A stretch of DNA of 64,000 nucleotides from Schmidtea nova (GCA_044892505.1 CM097883.1:265422001-265486000); one strand, 5' to 3'; positions 1 through 12,442 are shown, counted from the first letter of the stretch. Program-made: numbers and translations. Notes: generated from the sequence alone by a model not told the origin.

Positions 1-738
1 ACTGTTTGAGAGTATTTTTTTATTTAAAACACCTGAATTGCCTATATATGTAAATCCAAAATTTAAATAACTTTCATCGCACTTCCGTTTTGGTCTGTTC
101 ATTGATAACAATTGTACCTTAATATTCGATTTTGAAGATATCACAGTTTTTGGATTATTTTCTTCTTCGATGATAAACGTATCAGTAGAAGTATTTGACC
201 TTTCTTTTGTCAAATTTCCTGTCTTCAACCAAAGATTCATGGATAGTTTTAAAATAATATGTAAATTCTTTAATAATAATTTTGTCAAAATGGAAAAGGA
301 ATCTGTATTTTAAGCAACTGGATAAAATTAATGTACAAGAAAATCGATTCATTTTTATGCAAATTTTATTTAATACATTTACATTTCCAAAAGTATATAC
401 CCAATCCTGTTTTAACGCAATAAATTAGTTTCAGGGATTAACATGTATAATAAAAACGCGTGAAAAATTGTCCGCAATAACCTTTTGTAAATTTGACAGA
501 TTGAATCCCAAGATTTAAAAATCTTGTATAAAAATCACGTACAAATGAATTTACGTGAATTAATTGTGTAAAAAGTGGCATTCGTGGCACCAAAAAAATT
601 GCATAAAAGTGAAATCACATAAATAAATTCACATAATAAGCATTAATATCGTGTGATTAATTAACAAAAAAATATTTTTTAAATTCGATCAAATTTTAAA
701 GTTAAAAAATGCCGACTTATGAAACATTTCCCTCCAGA

Positions 739-743
<5 letters not shown>

Positions 744-771
<28 letters not shown>
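744..771. repeat. (TA)n microsatellite
   Basis: Uninterrupted TA run. Confidence 0.95.
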
Positions 772-777
<6 letters not shown>

Positions 778-914
778 TTGACACATATACATATTTTCAA
801 TCTTTTTTATTAGATTTATGAACACTTTTTATGTGTTAGCAAGACTAATCGTTTTGTTTATATTGGCAATTACCGTTGACGACACGTTTGTCATAATTCA
901 TGTACGTACCTTAA

Positions 915-3698
915 CACTAGAACACCGGAAGTGGTCATTTGTGACATTTTCAACTTTAAAAGTTGTAGCATTTAAGCTGATGTTACTAAAAAACCCAAAC
1001 TTGCCCACGTAAATTTCTATTATATACAGTTGTAAATATTAATTGTATTGTATATTTTAAAAAATATTTTGTTCTACCTTAAAAAAAAGTTTACACTACA
1101 ACGCCGAAAGTGGTCAGCCGTGACCACATATGAATGTATTGAAGATATTTTGTTTATTTTCATGGTAGCTTGCCGATTTTTCAAAGAACGATATACTTTG
1201 AAGCACTTACCATACAAAACTAGGTATTTCTTAGAAATTTTCTTTCAAGATAAGAGTTTTTTATTTGAAAATCTCGTTTTTAGTAGATTCAAATTGTTAT
1301 TCACAAGTCGCAAACCACAAACAAGAATCGTTTGTAACTTTTGAGACTATCATCATTACAGTCGACTTTGTTGGGCAATTATTCTATGATATTATTTTAT
1401 TTCATATTTTTAAAATAAGCAATTGATTTAATGTCGACTTTATTGTGAATAATTACCCTCTTTTTTCAATCCGATAGTTTCAATGATAGAACTTATTTAT
1501 GGTTTCTTGGAATTTTGATATGCCTATTTTATAAAAGCTTTGCATTTCGTCTTAATTCCTTCTGTATTTGATCTTATTTTATGTTTCTTACATTTTTATT
1601 TCTAGGACTGGTTATGACTCATCGAGAAGCTGGCAGCGTGCAATTCGTCGTTTATGGAATTGTGATTCCCAGGAGTAGGAAGAGGAATACATATTTCAAA
1701 AAGGAAGCGATTGTGAATTGAGTTCCGTCTCTGGTAATATTTCTAGTTGTACGGATTTCTCTGATTTAGAGTCAGATGAAGATTGTAGTACCTCTGAATC
1801 CTCCAACACTGATCAAGAAGCTGTCAATCAATATACGAGCCCAGGCGGAACCATGTGGACACAATTACAAAACGGGAACAGTGTCGGAAGAGTTCCTAAT
1901 CGTAATCTGTTCTCTAAAACTCCGAGTGTGAAACTATTTGCAAAGAAGAAGGTCGATTCACCCATATCTGCATAGCGATTATTATTTACGAATAAGATGC
2001 TGAAAATAGTACTGCAGTCAACGATCGAAAATGGAAAGGAAATCACTGATGCTTTCCTGGTTACACTTGATGATATAGAGGCATTCATTGGTTTGGCATA
2101 TATGAAGGGAGCACTTCATTTGCGACGAGCTGAAGTAAACGAACTTTTCTCACAAGAATTCGGCTGTCCTTTCTTCAGCAATACAATGCCAGGAGACAAA
2201 TTCTGTTCAATCATGCGCAATCTTCGTTTTGATAAGAAAGTTACGAAAAGAGCGAGAGTGGTGGAAGATCTCTTTGCACCAATTAGAGATCTTTTTAATG
2301 AGTTCGTGGTGAACTCCATTCAAGTATATCAACCACATCCCATTATAACGGTTGATGAACAACTTCTGCCTTCAAAAAATCGTTGCAAATTTCTTCAGTT
2401 CATGGCCAATAAACCTGATAAGTATGGTATAAAAATGTGGCTATTGGAGTCACTACTGTGTGAATCAAATCCCGTATTTAGGGAAAGATGCTCAGCGTGT
2501 AGGGGAAACAGTTGGACAACATGTTGTGAAATTGTTAGTGGAACCAGTTAAAAATTGTGGCTATCATGTTACAGCCGACAATCTCTTTTCTTCTTCTCCA
2601 TTAGCAAGTCATTTATTGGAACACAAAATAACTGATCTTGGTACAGTGAGGAAGACTTCACGAAGTTTGCCAACGGAGGTTAAGAATATGAATTTAGAGC
2701 TACATAACTCAATGTTTCACAAATCAGGCGACATCCTCTTAGTTAATTACAAATGCAAAGCAAGAAATAATGTGTTCCTTATGTCTACGCTCCATTGCAG
2801 TCCACGCATTTGTCCAGATTCAAACAAGAAGAAACCAGAGATTGTTTTAACCTACAACAAATTCAAGACTGGAGTAGACTACCTCGCCCAGATGTTACGT
2901 GTATACAGTACGAAAGCTGCCTCAAGACGATGGCCAGTTTGTGTGTTCTACGATTTACTTGACAAGGCTCTTATTAATGCACATGTTATATACCAAGAAG
3001 TCGTTGGTCACATACCCAGAAAACGATTCATGTTGGAACTAGCAAGAGCTCTTTGCAAGCCCGTCCAAGAGTCTCGGAAACTACGATCTGAGAGAATGAT
3101 CCAACAAGTGAAGGCAAAGCAAAAGCGTTTCAAATGTGCCGAAAAACTGTTACAACAAAACGGACAACGCGTGTGACAACTGAAACAAACCGTTTTGTGG
3201 CAAACATGGACTTCACACTCAAATAGAAACATTTCAATGCAACGATTGTATCCCACAAGTGTAAATAAAATAGTTATTTATCAAGAATATTCTCTGCCAG
3301 CAACTGTTTTGGATCGTTGAACATTATCTCTTTTGCCATATCTATTTAAGGAAGCGTTTTAGACAAAAAGTGACACCTCCATTCGATTTCTTTTCATCGA
3401 CTTTCACCTGAAAGGTGAAAGCTGGCCCTACCCCCTTTCCGGCATTGAATGGTTTAAGGAAAAATCAGGGATATTTATGCATATATTTTCTAGTATGAGG
3501 ATGGAGGAGGGGAGCTTAGCTACTAATACATTATTTTTGTATGCGCAAATTATCTCCTAGACGTTTAATTCATTAAAAAGTGTACAAATTTCTTCTAAGG
3601 CTCTATTTAAGCCCCTATTTATAGTATAATTAATTACGTGGTCATGGATTACCACCTTCGGCGTTAGAAGGGTAATAACCACTTCCGGCGTTCTAGTG
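915..3698 (+). mobile_element. Full-length, inactivated piggyBac DNA transposon
   Basis: TTAA TSD at 911-914 and 3699-3702; TIR CACTAGAAC(A/G)CCGGAAGTGGT at 915-935 and 3678-3698 (20/21 match); internal transposase. Confidence 0.93.
1718..3176 (+). pseudogene. piggyBac DDD transposase with a nonsense codon (1973-1975) and a frameshift near 2450
   Basis: Motifs ITVDEQLLPSKNRCKFLQFMANKPDKYGIK, VTADNLFSS, YNKFKTGVD, SRRWPVCVFY across ORFs 1718-1975, 1997-2551 (same frame) and 2460-3176. Confidence 0.92.
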
Positions 3699-4658
3699 TT
3701 AAGTCCGACAACCGCCTGTGAATAGTGTAATGAACGTTTTTGGGATGATTGCAGTTGGTTTGGTTAGCTATATTTGGTTAGCTAGATGTTGAGGGTGTTG
3801 TGAGTTGTGCCTATGGATGGAATTGTGTGAGGCTGGCTTCCACGTGATGTGTAAACACGAAAAAGCGAACTGTCCTTTCGCGCACCGAAGATTATACTAA
3901 CAAGACTTTAGCGAATCGGGTAAAAATAATCCCATCTATCACATCTCTTTCATGCGCACAGGATGACAGATAAACTTTCTCCCTCAGTAAAAAATATTGG
4001 AATTTGTTAAAGACTTTTAATGCTGTACCCAACTTATATGTACTAAAGATCTTCGCCTTTTCTTGATGTCATAAAACTCAATGAAGTTTAACCATCGCTT
4101 TTCTTTCATTATGAAGAAGAATATGTTCAATTTTCTAAATTTACTCCAAATTTTTGCGCTATATCTATTTAGGCTTCGCGGAACATAATATGAGAAACTC
4201 TGGACTAGGGCTATAAAATATACTCTTACTATTACATCACAATAACAGATTGAATAAATAAATAAGTAGCACTGTTTAATATAATTTACTCAGCAAGTAT
4301 GTTTAGTACAAAAGAACGTTTTATTATGTGTGTATGATTCCATATTGCATCACCACCATATTTTTACACATAACAAAAAATCCCTTAAAATATTGTTTTA
4401 GTAGCCTATACAAACTCAATAAAACATTTCTTTTATTACTTTAGTTGAAATCCTTTATTCAGCCAGGAAAGGGTTAAATATTTATTACAAAATTATTACT
4501 TATTACAAATTCTTTAACTAATTGAAAAATAAACAATATAACTTCCAAAGATTCGATTTTATTTAAATAAAATATTATTCACAAATTTCCAATTTAAAAA
4601 TTTTCCTAAATTTTAATGGAAAAAATAAATTCATCATTTAAATTTGGCGGAATTCGTA

Positions 4659-4900
4659 TTAAAATCTGAAATATAAAATATATTTAAAACAAAATAATAA
4701 CAAATAAAAAACCGATTTCTAATGCAGATCCTTTGATAAAATAATGCCCAGTTCTTAAAATTATCTTTGTGAATTACTTGACTGAGAGTTGTGCATAGCT
4801 GATACCGCAAATTATTGTACATTTTGTGAGTACAGGATACAGGACATTGCGAAATTACCAATAAATGTAATACTAACACGAATAATGAATTTTTCAACAT
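4659..4900 (-). CDS. Secreted Cys-x22-Cys RxRF peptide precursor, paralog 1 (NPY/NPF-like architecture). Exons 4900-4713 and 4665-4659, 64 aa
   Basis: Hydrophobic signal MLKNSLFVLVLHLLVISQ; core YQLC-x22-CIRNR|F*; 47-bp GT..TTTCAG intron (4712-4666) splits the Arg codon CG|A; TATATAAA 42 nt upstream; AATAAA at 4563-4558; two paralogs in the window with the same structure. Confidence 0.8.
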
Positions 4901-4942
4901 TTTGCTTTTTGTTCAATGGTTAATTTTCACAATTATTATCAA

Positions 4943-4950
4943 TTTATATA
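4943..4950 (-). promoter_or_regulatory. TATA box of peptide paralog 1
   Basis: TATATAAA on the minus strand 42 nt before the ATG; equivalent boxes precede the other two paralogs. Confidence 0.6.
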
Positions 4951-5589
4951 CAATTTGGATTCCTCTTAACATTTAAATCATGTACTTGACACAGTGACAT
5001 CAGAATTTTATGAATGAAATTTTTTACAATCATTTACTATTGAATCATCATAACAAATTAATCTGTTCTAATTGATAGTGGAAAAGTTTGATTTATATTT
5101 AATAAGTATACTTGAAATCAAATTTGAAACTAATGAATAATTTTCAAAAATAGTAGAAATGGAATAATTTTAATAATATTCGGAATATTAATGCTATATT
5201 GTTCAAACTACTCCGTGTTTCACTGAAACGTATCACCTATAATAATCAGTAAGCTTATACTATAGAAAAATACACACCTACATGTGCATTATTCATTTCT
5301 GTTTTAATCAATCGTCTCATTTATTATGTCGTAGAAAATGATAGAAAAAAACAATCACACACAAACACAAAACATTGAAAAAAACAGATGTAAACTTTCA
5401 AATGCGTAAATTGTTTCATTCTATAATCTCACACAAAATTTTAATCGTCAGAAACATTGAAAATTAAAATAGCCGATAAAATTTTTTAAATGAATCTGAG
5501 GAATCTACCACGAGTTTTCGTGAAAATGATGAAATATAATCGTAAGTAATATAATTTAAGTTCTAATAAATTTTTATTTTCACAGAATT

Positions 5590-5670
5590 TCAGAAAATAT
5601 AGCCCTTTTCTTAACCCAATTGAAAGTGTATATAGAAAAATCAAATGGAGTTTACGGAAAACTATCTCAC
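5590..5670 (+). pseudogene. Short IS630/Tc1-type transposase C-terminal fragment
   Basis: Translates KYSPFLNPIESVYRKIKWSLRK, matching the YSPxLNPIE motif. Confidence 0.5.
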
Positions 5671-5699
5671 TGTTGGTTGTGTTGTTGTTCGATGACAGA

Positions 5700-6340
5700 A
5701 AGTGGAGTACGATTGAAATAAATGAATTTTGTGTAGAGATGCTATGGGATTCAGGACCTTCAATCAGTGTGATGAGTGAGAAATGTTGGAAATTAATTGG
5801 CAGCCCAACATTATGGAAAACAGAATACAGTTGAGTGGAGTATTTTCAAAAGAAGACGAAAAACCTCTCGGAAGCGTTAAAATCGTTGCAAAATGGAACA
5901 ACAAATCTCGAGAATTGAATGTTATTATTGTCAGAAAAATTCATCAAGATTTTTTAGGTGTAGACACCATGAGAATATTTGGTATGGAGATTAAAGAAGT
6001 CAATAATATAGATGCATCGTTAGTTACCCAGAGATTTACAGATTCTGATAGGTTAGAGTTTGCGTTATCGACGCTCAAGATGTACAAGAATTCGAAGTTG
6101 GGTACTTTAATATCTAAGTTTAGCAACATTTTTATGGCATCCAGATTTTACTTAGGTCATCCAAAAGTAATAACACATGAAATAACGACTTCGGGTCCTC
6201 CAATTTTGCAAAATCCAAGACAACCTATGCATTTAAAAGTAAAAATTGAAGAGTTAATACAGAATTTATTAGAAGCTGGAGTTGTGAGAAAATGTCAGAG
6301 TTCGTGGAACAGACCATTAGTAATAGTCGGAAAACTATAA
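5700..6340 (+). mobile_element. Ty3/Gypsy pol fragment (aspartic protease plus start of RT), frameshifted
   Basis: EMLWDSGPSISVM retropepsin motif near 5740, then HEITTSGPPI...EELIQNLLEAGVVRKCQSSWNRPLVIV. Confidence 0.85.
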
Positions 6341-7687
6341 AGTAAATACATAAAGTAAGTGCGCACACAGACGCGACAGTACAAACAAAAATGGACTTAC
6401 AACCTGAGCCATGATTATCCACTGACTATTAGCCATTTTTATGTTTTTGATGTAACCGGGTTGTTGTGAGGATAATTGACATTGTCAAGTATTTTTTTGC
6501 TTCATTAAAGCTTTGTATTTTAGTTATTTATTTTCAACATTGCGATAAATTGTCATCATTCACTGTTACACAGCAAGGAAGCATAATCATCACAAAAATC
6601 AAAAGGCATCATATAATATTAAACATCAACATACTTCACCAACAATATTTAAATGTTCCATGCAAAGTTAAATTGGCATCCATTTCATCAAATAAATGAA
6701 GGGTCACAAGTTATAAAAGAACGATGAAATGGATAAAATACCTTCTATCAATAACCCTTGAACACAAACGTGATATTCGATTAATTATAGTTCTGTAAAC
6801 AGTGCTCACCTTTTGCAAATTTCCACCAATTTGTTAAAGTACCAGCATTGCTTAGCGATTGATAAAACATAGTTTTAAATGATCTATGCGGTTACTAGAG
6901 ACAGCAAGAATTAAAATCCACGAAAAATTCGACAATTGCATTCATGTATTTTATTTAGAACTCATCGCAATTTAGATTTATTTTAAAATTTAAATATGAA
7001 TTTGATGAAAAATCAAAAATAATTTTATCAACTTAGTTTACGTGAAATATGCCGAGTTATTGATGTTTAAAATCAATCGTGGTGTCTGATGACAAATCAT
7101 AAAAATAATAGTCATTTTGGACAAAATTCGAGTTTCAGATTGAAGAGTAGATATTATTGGGCGGAAACTGAACTACTTTGGTTTGGAAGCGAATGCAAAC
7201 ATAAAATGCAGTGACAATACAAGAAGTATACTCAAATATCGGAGGAAAACATCAAATAAACAAAAGTAATTAATTAACACAGGTAAACATTAATTAAAAC
7301 AAAAATAAAAATGTAAATTGAACAAATTGCAAGAAGTAAATACGAGAAAAACACAAACAAAACAATTCAATAAAAAAATTGTTAAAGAATTAAATAAATA
7401 TAAAAATTCAAAAATTTTATAAATACTTTTCTTAATTTTAAATGTAAAAAATATAAAATTATATTGTTAAAATTAAAATTAAAATCAAAAATATTAAAAT
7501 TTGTGACAAATATAAAATTTTGGTAAAAACAAAATTTATTAAAGTAATAGATAAATTTTGATACATAAAAAAAAATTTATTTTAGTAAAAATAAAATATT
7601 TAACTTTTAAATAAATTAAATTAAACAAAATGAAAATTATAGAGCAGTTTGTTTTACTGCATCAGTTAAATTAAATGTGTTGAAAAT

Positions 7688-7689
<2 letters not shown>

Positions 7690-7769
<80 letters not shown>
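7690..7769. repeat. (TA)n microsatellite, about 40 units
   Basis: Uninterrupted TA run. Confidence 0.95.
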
Positions 7770-7770
<1 letters not shown>

Positions 7771-8570
7771 CGATGAAATTTTCAATCATTCAGCACTCTG
7801 TTCGGAAAAGTGAATACTTTTGGAAAATACTCGTGTTTTGAGCATTTTAAAACACTGTTATTTAAAAAAAGAGCTTTTTCTAAAAAATCAAAATATTTGG
7901 AATAAATCTATCCGAGAGCATTGCTTTTCAGATTATTGGAGAGATGGCATCATTCTGAGCATACTAAGTATGCCAGTTTGATGTTTTGCTATCCTAATTC
8001 ATTTTTTGGCACTGGCCCATATCCTGATTGTCTATGTTATATTGTTGCTTCATTGATGAAATAAATGATTCAAAATTCAATCGACTCTTGATGTTCGAAT
8101 AAAATGTTGCAAGCATAAATTTTTTTTTTATTTTCCCAACCTTCTGAGTCGTTAACTCGCTGTGGTGTTCCAACTTGTTGCGATGCAGATAGTAAGTGTC
8201 AGCATACGTATTCGAAGTGTATTCTACCGAACTGTCTGATTCCATGGTGACAAAGAGACTTCCAATTTCAGCCTCATACTCTGCATAGATGAGAGAGAAT
8301 GGTGGAAGGAATATCCGCAAGATTTTTATATTTATTTAATTTTCCTTAAGTAACATTTTTATTTATTTTTATTGTTTTTGTTTTTCAAAGTAAAAGTTTC
8401 CTTAAATAACACGTACAAGTTCCACATAAAAAGAAATGACAAAAAAGCGTTTTCGAGAGTATTGATAGAGGTTTAAAATGGCGAATTATCAAAGATGGTT
8501 ACGAAATTATGTAGCTAGATCACAAATAGTTTAATTTATTTCTTTATAATTTTCATAATTTTTGTAACAA

Positions 8571-8883
8571 TATCACTGGGGTATAAGGTGTCATATTAAT
8601 GAAACAAAATTCACCAGTATCTTTATGAGATAACTGGATGCACCAACATTAAATTTTAAAAAATATTTTTTTATAAAAGACAAAAGTAAACTAATTCAAT
8701 GCGTTTATTTAAAATACAACTTACACAGTGTAAGTTGTATTTTAAATAAACGCATTGAATTAGTTTACTTTTGTCTTTTATAAAAAAATATTTACTAAAA
8801 TTTAATGTTGGTGCATCCAGTTATCTCATAAAGATACTGGTGAATTTTGTTTCATTAATATGACACCATATACCCCAGTGATA
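8571..8883. repeat. 313-bp fold-back palindrome (156-bp arms, 1-nt spacer)
   Basis: Arms 8571-8726 and 8728-8883 are reverse complements, with about 3 mismatches counted by eye. Confidence 0.93.
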
Positions 8884-9486
8884 TATATATATATATATAT
8901 ATATAATAAACCCCAGTGTAAGTTACACTCGAAATCTTCACACATAAATCTTCAAGCGATAATAAAATATACTTTAAATTAAATCAAAGGCCCAAGGAGG
9001 CTGGAAATCTGTTCCAAATCTGAAAAACTTAGAACATTCAATAAAGTTTTTAAAAAATCAATAAATATATTAACCACATCATGCTTGGGATTTTTTTACA
9101 AAAATTTAATGAAAAACATCAGGTTTTTTATTTTTTATTTAATGAGCTTAGACAATATAAAAAAAGGTTAGATAAACTAGTGATAAACAAACGACAGCCG
9201 CAAGCAAGTCGAACACGCGAGTAGCGCGAAGGTTGGCATGGTGCGATACGTCAGCCGCGCGCGAGCAATGCTCGTTCGTAAGTCTTAAGTTAAGCTTACC
9301 GGTTCATTAGGCGTCAATAATAAAGGTTTGGTTAATCAGCAAAAAATATAAATATGGATTGTGAATAATCCCAAAAATGCGATAAATTAATAAAGGTTTT
9401 ATGAATTCTTAAGTAATGTTTTCCTTAGTTCTTTTCTATAAATATGGAGGGTTAAGAAAACCGTAAAATACTATAAACATGATTAA

Positions 9487-9728
9487 CCCTTCGCTGCATC
9501 GTGTATCAAATTTGTTACATTGCCAAAAGTTAGTGTTAAAACGTCCTTTAAAAAATATAAGGATAACCTTTGCATGTTGTTGCAAATTTGATACATAAGT
9601 ATTTTCTTGATTTTTCCTTGTTAAAAGTTTTTCATTATTTTTTTAATTATTTTTCTTCTAATGTTTAGAGTAAGATACAATAGAAATGATTTTTTTTACT
9701 AAAAATAAAAAAGTCATGCAATGACGGG
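9487..9728. mobile_element. TTAA-specific (piggyBac-type) MITE, 242 bp
   Basis: TTAA|CCCTTCGCTGCAT ... ATGCAATGACGGG|TTAA (10/13 TIR match); internal CAAATTTG(T/A)TACA repeats. Confidence 0.65.
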
Positions 9729-9884
9729 TTAAATCGATATTTCGAAAATTGCATATATTTTATTTTTCTAGGATAAAAGCGTTAATAAAATGATTTAAAC
9801 TTAAATGACATTTATTATAAAAATTACCGAACACCGAATTCAAGCACACATCTTCTATCGATATATCGTGAAAGTGAAGAAATT

Positions 9885-9980
9885 ACTCAAGCAATTATAG
9901 TTCAGGTAGCAGCGCTCACATTTTGCGAGTATTGTTGCCCATTAGTTACAATTCCAACGTTGCTTGTGACGTGTAACTAT
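9885..9980 (+). repeat. Dispersed ~100-bp repeat ending in an AGTTAC...CAACGTTG...GTAACT hairpin; other copies near 12940-13015 (+) and 19401-19500 (-)
   Basis: Direct alignment of three copies by eye; probably a TE or LTR terminus. Confidence 0.7.
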
Positions 9981-10049
9981 TTATTGGAAAGTATGGGTGT
10001 AGTAAAAAATTTCTTATTGACTCTAGGGATGATACAACCCATACCGCAA

Positions 10050-10710
10050 CATAAATTTTATCTACCTCACCCATGTACCCATAGTTATTCCTCAGTAAGT
10101 TATGCTGATAATGTACATAGTAGCGAGAATCCAGTGAGCAGGTGAGCTTCGTTGCCGAAACTACTTCTCACTGTATCCTCTTTTTTGGGTTCTTTCTGCC
10201 GATACAAGGACTTACGCGTCTAGCTACTATCTATTTCCAAAGGTCCTTTAAATTTATCAATTCTCGATCTACTATATCCTAACACTATCTTATCCACAAC
10301 CCCCACCGATTTATCTCAGAAATATCCTAACAACACTCCAAATAGTATTTTTCCCCCGCCTTCTAACATAGTTTAATGATACAATGACCCGGAAGAACCA
10401 ATTATTCAGTCCAACAAATTCCTAACCATCGGAGTCTCGTGACTGTTCAGCCAACCAAGCCTCTATTAAAATCAGTTTAATCGGAACAAATCAATTGAAA
10501 CAAGGCAAAACAAACCAAATTTATGATTAACAATACAATATTTATTAATGTTTACCAATTACATAAAATGCAGTTACAATTTAAGCATAACAATTACAAC
10601 AAACTTTAAAAGAATACATAAAATAAAAACATACTTGTCACTGAGATACCACACAATCGAATAGAAAAATTACTGACCAGTGCTGGCTGGTAGAATTGAA
10701 AAATCGTAAA
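10050..10710 (-). mobile_element. Degenerate LTR/leader plus gag relic, homologous to 21640-22330
   Basis: Shared blocks TGTACCCAT.GT.A.TCCT.AGTAA, ACTTCTCACTGTAT, AAATCAGTTTAAT and TGCTGGCTGGTAGAATT in the same order in both loci. Confidence 0.5.
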
Positions 10711-11042
10711 TTAACGTGTTATTCTGTTCAAAACTACTCAAGTTTATCCAAAAATATTCAAGCGCGAGTTAAAATTTTGATTTTTCAGCGTCTATTTATA
10801 CTATTATATGTGTGACTCCCACGCATTGTTCAATTAAACAAGACTGTTTAAAATTTAATTCATATATCTATTTTTATATTTAACTTATTTATTTTTCTAA
10901 ATGATTTATTTATTTATTTTCCTTAAATTTACTTTTATAATTTATTTTATTTATTCATAAATATTTAATTTTTATTCTGTTAAATAATGTGTGTATCCAT
11001 ATTTTAAGCGCTTTAATTGATTGATTAAAACAATAAGATTTA

Positions 11043-12442
11043 CAACGTTTCTCATATAAAAAAACTATATTTACAAATAAAAAAACTACATTAAACCGAA
11101 AATACCTTGATAAAGAATATAGTGCACAGGCTAGAAAGTTATTATAAAAGAAAATAATGGAATTTAACTAGCACTTTTTGATTTATAAAAGAACAATAAA
11201 AAATTTAATCACTTCATTTTTGGTATTTAATTAAAATTCTTCGCGACGAACCGCCTTTAAAGCATACATCCTAACGTCACCATAAAACCCCACACAGTCA
11301 TTTTCCGTTACAGAAGACACTCCTCCTAGAATTGCATTTTCGAGTTCCCTAACGGTATTTGAATTCATCGATTTGACATAATGCTTCCATTTGCTAAGAA
11401 ACTCTTCAGTAGGATTCGACTGGGGGCTATATGGTGGAAGAAATAATAAACTATATAAATATTCCGCTATAACATTTTCAACACCTGAAACCCTGTAGAA
11501 TGCCACATTATCCATTATTATCGTATAGTTGTTCATATTCAACTCACTCTTTTTCCTAAACAACTCTGTTAAAAATTGAATATACGTTTCACCATTGTAA
11601 GCATGATTATGTGTCTTATGAAAAACGATTCTTCTTTTAGAAATCCCGGCGCCAATTGAATAATTTTTAGACCTTATTGATCTTACAACTTTCCTGGCAG
11701 GAGTTCCCACTAAACTTCTTCCGTAATTCAATCTAAGTGAGCAACTCACTCCCATCTCATCAACAAAAATCGTTTTTTCTTCATTAAGTAGAAGATAATT
11801 ATTCGAATAATCATATCTCCGAGTAATATTTTCGGAACTATTTCTAGCCTCTGGAATCAAGCTCACCCGTTTTAAGCAATAATTTAACTTATTCAAAAAT
11901 CTCTCTATCGCGGGTAACGATACAACTATTCTCTTTTCGGTGTAAATCCGATTTTTGAGATTTTTTAATGTGACAGAAACATCGTTTTCAATTTCATTAA
12001 CTATAAATGCTTCGACATCAGAGTTTGTTTTTCTTGCTTTCGGAACTCTTTGCTTGATAGATTTGTACCTGCCAAATCGTTTGTAAGTCCGCAAAACACT
12101 TATAATCGTCTCGTACTTCAGCTCCAGTGCCGTTGAAATTTCTTGCGGCGACTTTCCGGCTTCATACTTATTCACGATAGATTTTCTTGTTTCGTATGAT
12201 AATTGTCTTTCCGATTGTTCATGGGCCTTTTTTTAAGGATTTTTATAAAAATTTAAAAATTTACAATCAATAAATTAAAAGGCTTGCGTTTTTATATACG
12301 AACCTGGTTATGTATTTTTAATATAGCTGTTTTTCAATACAAAGGTGTTTTTAGTGTAGTTTTTTTATTTGTTAATATAGTTTTTTTATCTGTAAATATA
12401 GTTTTTTTATTTGTAAATATAATTTTTATATGAGAAACGCTA
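11043..12442 (-). mobile_element. 1.4-kb IS630-Tc1-mariner (DD34E) transposon, nearly intact
   Basis: TA TSDs (11041-42, 12443-44); TIR C/TA(A/G)CGTTTCTCATATAAAAA followed by 21-bp subterminal repeats. Confidence 0.9.
11231..12175 (-). CDS. IS630/Tc1-family DD34E transposase, 314-codon open frame, start codon apparently damaged
   Basis: HTH N-terminus; IFVDEMG, IIMDNVAF, LPPYSPQSNPTEE with 34 residues between D2 and E; frame stays open upstream to about 12225 without an in-frame ATG. Confidence 0.88.
   Translation of the reverse strand: MNKYEAGKSPQEISTALELKYETIISVLRTYKRFGRYKSIKQRVPKARKTNSDVEAFIVNEIENDVSVTLKNLKNRIYTEKRIVVSLPAIERFLNKLNYCLKRVSLIPEARNSSENITRRYDYSNNYLLLNEEKTIFVDEMGVSCSLRLNYGRSLVGTPARKVVRSIRSKNYSIGAGISKRRIVFHKTHNHAYNGETYIQFLTELFRKKSELNMNNYTIIMDNVAFYRVSGVENVIAEYLYSLLFLPPYSPQSNPTEEFLSKWKHYVKSMNSNTVRELENAILGGVSSVTENDCVGFYGDVRMYALKAVRREEF

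Noticed and set aside
5542-5585. 44-bp GTAAGT...CACAG intron-like segment as a possible fourth peptide paralog
   Set aside because: Flanking frames have no signal peptide, no Cys pair and no RF/RY end; the downstream sequence is an IS630-type fragment
7994-8320. 108-aa minus-strand ORF
   Set aside because: No motif I can support, starts at a non-ATG codon and degenerates into stops downstream; probably a TE relic, left unassigned
9190-9305. GC-rich island as a tRNA or other ncRNA
   Set aside because: No cloverleaf or A/B boxes; only a short CGAGC-AAT-GCTCG hairpin
11231-12175. Bacterial IS630 contamination
   Set aside because: It has TA TSDs embedded in host-like AT-rich flanks with spliced genes and eukaryotic TEs on both sides
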